DNA from: Malacoraja senta | Lineage: Eukaryota | Direction: 5' to 3' | DNA length: 64,000 nt | Assembly (NCBI GenBank): GCA_038087875.1 | Contig: CM076000.1 | Coordinates: 372,001-436,000 of the forward strand | In this document: one piece after another, positions 61,197 to 64,000 of the stretch | How positions within the stretch are numbered: position 1 is the first letter of the stretch | Layout of the letters: each line of letters begins with the position of its first letter | Notes under the pieces: generated by a model | Told to the model about the DNA's origin: nothing | What the model saw: the letters and a program-made list of their open reading frames with translations, nothing else | Database searches by the model: none | Position numbers and translations under genes: made by a program

Positions 61197-62029
61197 ATTT
61201 GAGATGGTGCTGAGTGCATTTCTGTTGTGTATGCCTGATGTGGAAAGGAAATAAGGGAGCAGAGGACAGGGCTCAATGTTGCAAGGCCAACAGCCAAGGC
61301 TAAGCTCAGGATCTGGGTGCAGACTGGCTGGGCCAAATTCACTGGCCCACATGCCCCTGTTGTCAGGTGGCAGGCTCTGCTGCCTGGCTTTTACTTTCAA
61401 TACTGGGAGAGCTATCAGAGATGTGAGTGAGCAGGAGGAACAGATGGAATAGGAAAAGGCAGCGATTAAGTAAGCCCTGGTGTAATAGAGAAGGTAAAAT
61501 TCATCGTGGGGAATATAGAGTTTGTTTTTTGGAGGAATCTAGCATTCGAGGTGGAAGGCAAGAGGATCACCATTCTTGACGCCACCTTGTTAGGTCAAAC
61601 GTCAGCTTCTTACAGAACCAGATACTGTTGAAATGATCTCTTTAATTCTCCCTACCTGCAATAAATTATTAGATAATTTAAGTTTGTTCTTTAGCGGTGG
61701 AAGAAACTAAGTTGTTCTTGTCATTGCGCACAGTGCCACTGCGGATCATTGAACTTGCAAGGGAAAGAGAATTGACGTTTAGGGACAAGAATCAAATTTA
61801 GTCAAAGTATTGATCAAAGCCTTTCCTTGTTGTGAATATGGCCATCACACAAGCACAATTCATTGTTCAAATAGGCCATATTTGGAATGAATCTGTTCTG
61901 TTCAATTTGGAATACAACTTTAAATAACATTCATAGTTCATTAACTTTTGAAGGGTCAATGGCTGAAGCACGATAACAAGTCTGCAGCTGTTTGCAAAAC
62001 ATTTTTTAAAAGGGTCTCAATTAGGACAA

Positions 62030-62375
62030 CATTAGTACAAAATCATGAGAGGAAGAGATCGGGTAGACGTCTCTTGCCCAGAGTAGGGAAAATTGAGAAC
62101 CAAAAGACATAGGTTTAAAGTGAGGAGGGAAAGATTTAATAAGAACCCGAGGTGTAATTTTTTTACACAAAAGGGTGGTGGGTGTATGGAACGAACTGCC
62201 GGAGGAGGTCGTTGAGGCAGGGACTGCTGCAACTTTTTAGAAATATTTAGGACATGGACAGAGGTTTAGAGGGATATAGGCCAAACACAGGGAGGTGAAC
62301 TAGTGTAGATGGGACATGTTGGTCGGTATGAGCAAGTTGGGCCGAAGAGCCTGTTACCACCCTGTATGACTCTAT
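62030..62375 (+). mobile_element. CR1 3' portion
   Basis: Similar to 50578-50925. Confidence 0.88.
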
Positions 62376-63762
62376 TGTACATAGCCTTTGTACATAGCCT
62401 TCATAGACCTGACAAAGGCTTTTGACTCGGTATAGACCGCCCAGGCTCTTTGGAGCATACTATCAAGGTATGGTTGTCACGACAAGTACATCAGAATATT
62501 GAGGCTTCTACATGATGGCATGTCGGTCACAGTGCTCAGCAACTGTGGCACTGAGTCCGAGCCCTCCACAGTGGAAACTGGGGTCAAACAGGGATGCATC
62601 ATCGCACCCACCATGTTTGTCGTCTTCATTGCTGCCGTACTTCACCCCATGGGTGAAGAGCTGGCACAGGGGATCCCAATCCTCTGCAGAACTGATGGTG
62701 GGCTCTTCAACCTTAATAGGTTGAAGGCCAAGAGCAAAGTCAGTAACACCGCCATCATGGAGCTTCAGTACGCAGACGACTGCGCCATTGCAGCACACTC
62801 TGCAGAAGACCTCCAGGGTATCCTGAATGCCTTTGTCAAGGCATACATAGCCATGGGCCTAGCCTTAAATATCAAGAAGACCCAGGTCCTACCTCCACCC
62901 AACCAGCCGTCTACCCAGCCCACTATAAAAGTGTATGACACCACTCTTGAAAAAGTTGACCACTTCCCCTACCTTGGCAGCATTCTTTCCTGAAAAGCTG
63001 ACCGACTCTTTGGTCAACCATCGCCTGAGTTGTGCCAGCGGAGCCAGTGCCAGACGCAGGAAAAGAGTCTTTGAAGACCGAAACCTAAAGGTTCAAACAA
63101 AACTGCTGGTCTACGGAGCCGTTGTCCTCTCCACCCTGGTGTATGGAGCCGAGTCATGGACCACCTACAGCAGGCACCTGAGAGCCCTGGAACAATACCA
63201 CCAAAGATCCTTATGAATGATTCTGAGGATCAGCTGGGAGGACAGACGCACCTACATCAGCGTTTCAGAGGAAGCCAACATGACCAGCATCACCACCACA
63301 ATAATGCAGCACCACTATCGATGGACTGGCCATGTCATCCGCATGTCCAACACACGTCTCCCTAAACAGATTCTGTACTCTCAATTGAAGGAAGGTTGGC
63401 GAGCCCCCAGCAGGCCAAAGAAACGCTTCAAGGACAACATCAAGAAGTCTGAAGAAATTCCACATCACATCGAGCAACTGGGAGCACATTGCACTGAACA
63501 GGCACTCCTGGAGGAGATCCGTGCAGGAAGGAGCTGCACGTCACGAAATGGAACTACGCCGTGTCACAGAGACAAAGCGACAGCACCGTAAGGAGAGAGA
63601 GAAGGGGCTCGACGACTATCAACCACCGCCAGTCTCCACTGCCACGTTGCACCAAGGTGTGTGGATCGGGCTCTACAGACATCTGCACACCCACAAGTAG
63701 ACAATCCTATGGAGAGGTTAGGACAGTCATACTCGATTCGAGTGACCGCCAATGATGATGAC
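62376..63762 (+). mobile_element. 5'-truncated RTE-clade LINE (RT and C-terminus), disabled
   Basis: AFIDLTKAFDSV, GVKQGCIIAPTMF, LQYADD, FPYLGS, LVYGAESWT, RWTGHVIRM..RLPKQILY; (atg)n tail at 63752-63761. Confidence 0.9.
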
Positions 63763-64000
63763 TTTGGCGTGTGGAAATTAAGGCAAAAGTGCAACAAACC
63801 AGCTATAGGTGAGTGAAGTGTGTTTTTTAAAGTCAACAGGAAATTTTACACTGACATTAGTTTGGTGTGCAGACAATTTGATTTATTCCATGTGATAGAG
63901 GAATGGCTGAGGGGCTCTGAACACAACAAAAGCTTTGGGACTGAAGACTTGCGCTCCTGCACATCCACCAGTTTTCAGTACAGTCACAACACTGGCATCT

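Overview
Eukaryotic, AT-rich, repeat-dense vertebrate DNA with no intact multi-exon gene. The repeat complement (HE1-type V-SINEs, HER1/CR1 LINEs with SGNH-esterase ORF1, Penelope-like elements) indicates a cartilaginous fish, probably a skate or ray; this is an inference. The window looks like a large intron or gene desert, with one good candidate minus-strand micro-exon (43916-43982) and several motif-rich, CNE-like stretches. Mobile DNA includes a full-length but disabled CR1 LINE (35335-40697) with a ~1 kb 16-bp minisatellite in its 5' UTR, many CR1 fragments, about 11 V-SINEs, a HERO-type restriction-like-endonuclease retrotransposon inside a Harbinger-type MITE, Rex1/Babar, RTE and Vingi-like remnants, and a solo LTR. 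Three observations stand out. (1) About 15 miniature Penelope-derived elements carry all or part of a minimal hammerhead ribozyme motif; many are fold-back palindromes pivoting on the ribozyme stem II, and seven have 12-17 bp target-site duplications. (2) A ~2 kb sequence with a hAT-type terminus occurs twice in inverted orientation (31117-33110 and 45952-48365), possibly part of a ~10 kb patchwork hAT element ending at 41531. (3) The HERO 3' UTR contains a consensus kink-turn hairpin. Family names come from recognised motifs, not database searches, and most repeat boundaries are approximate.
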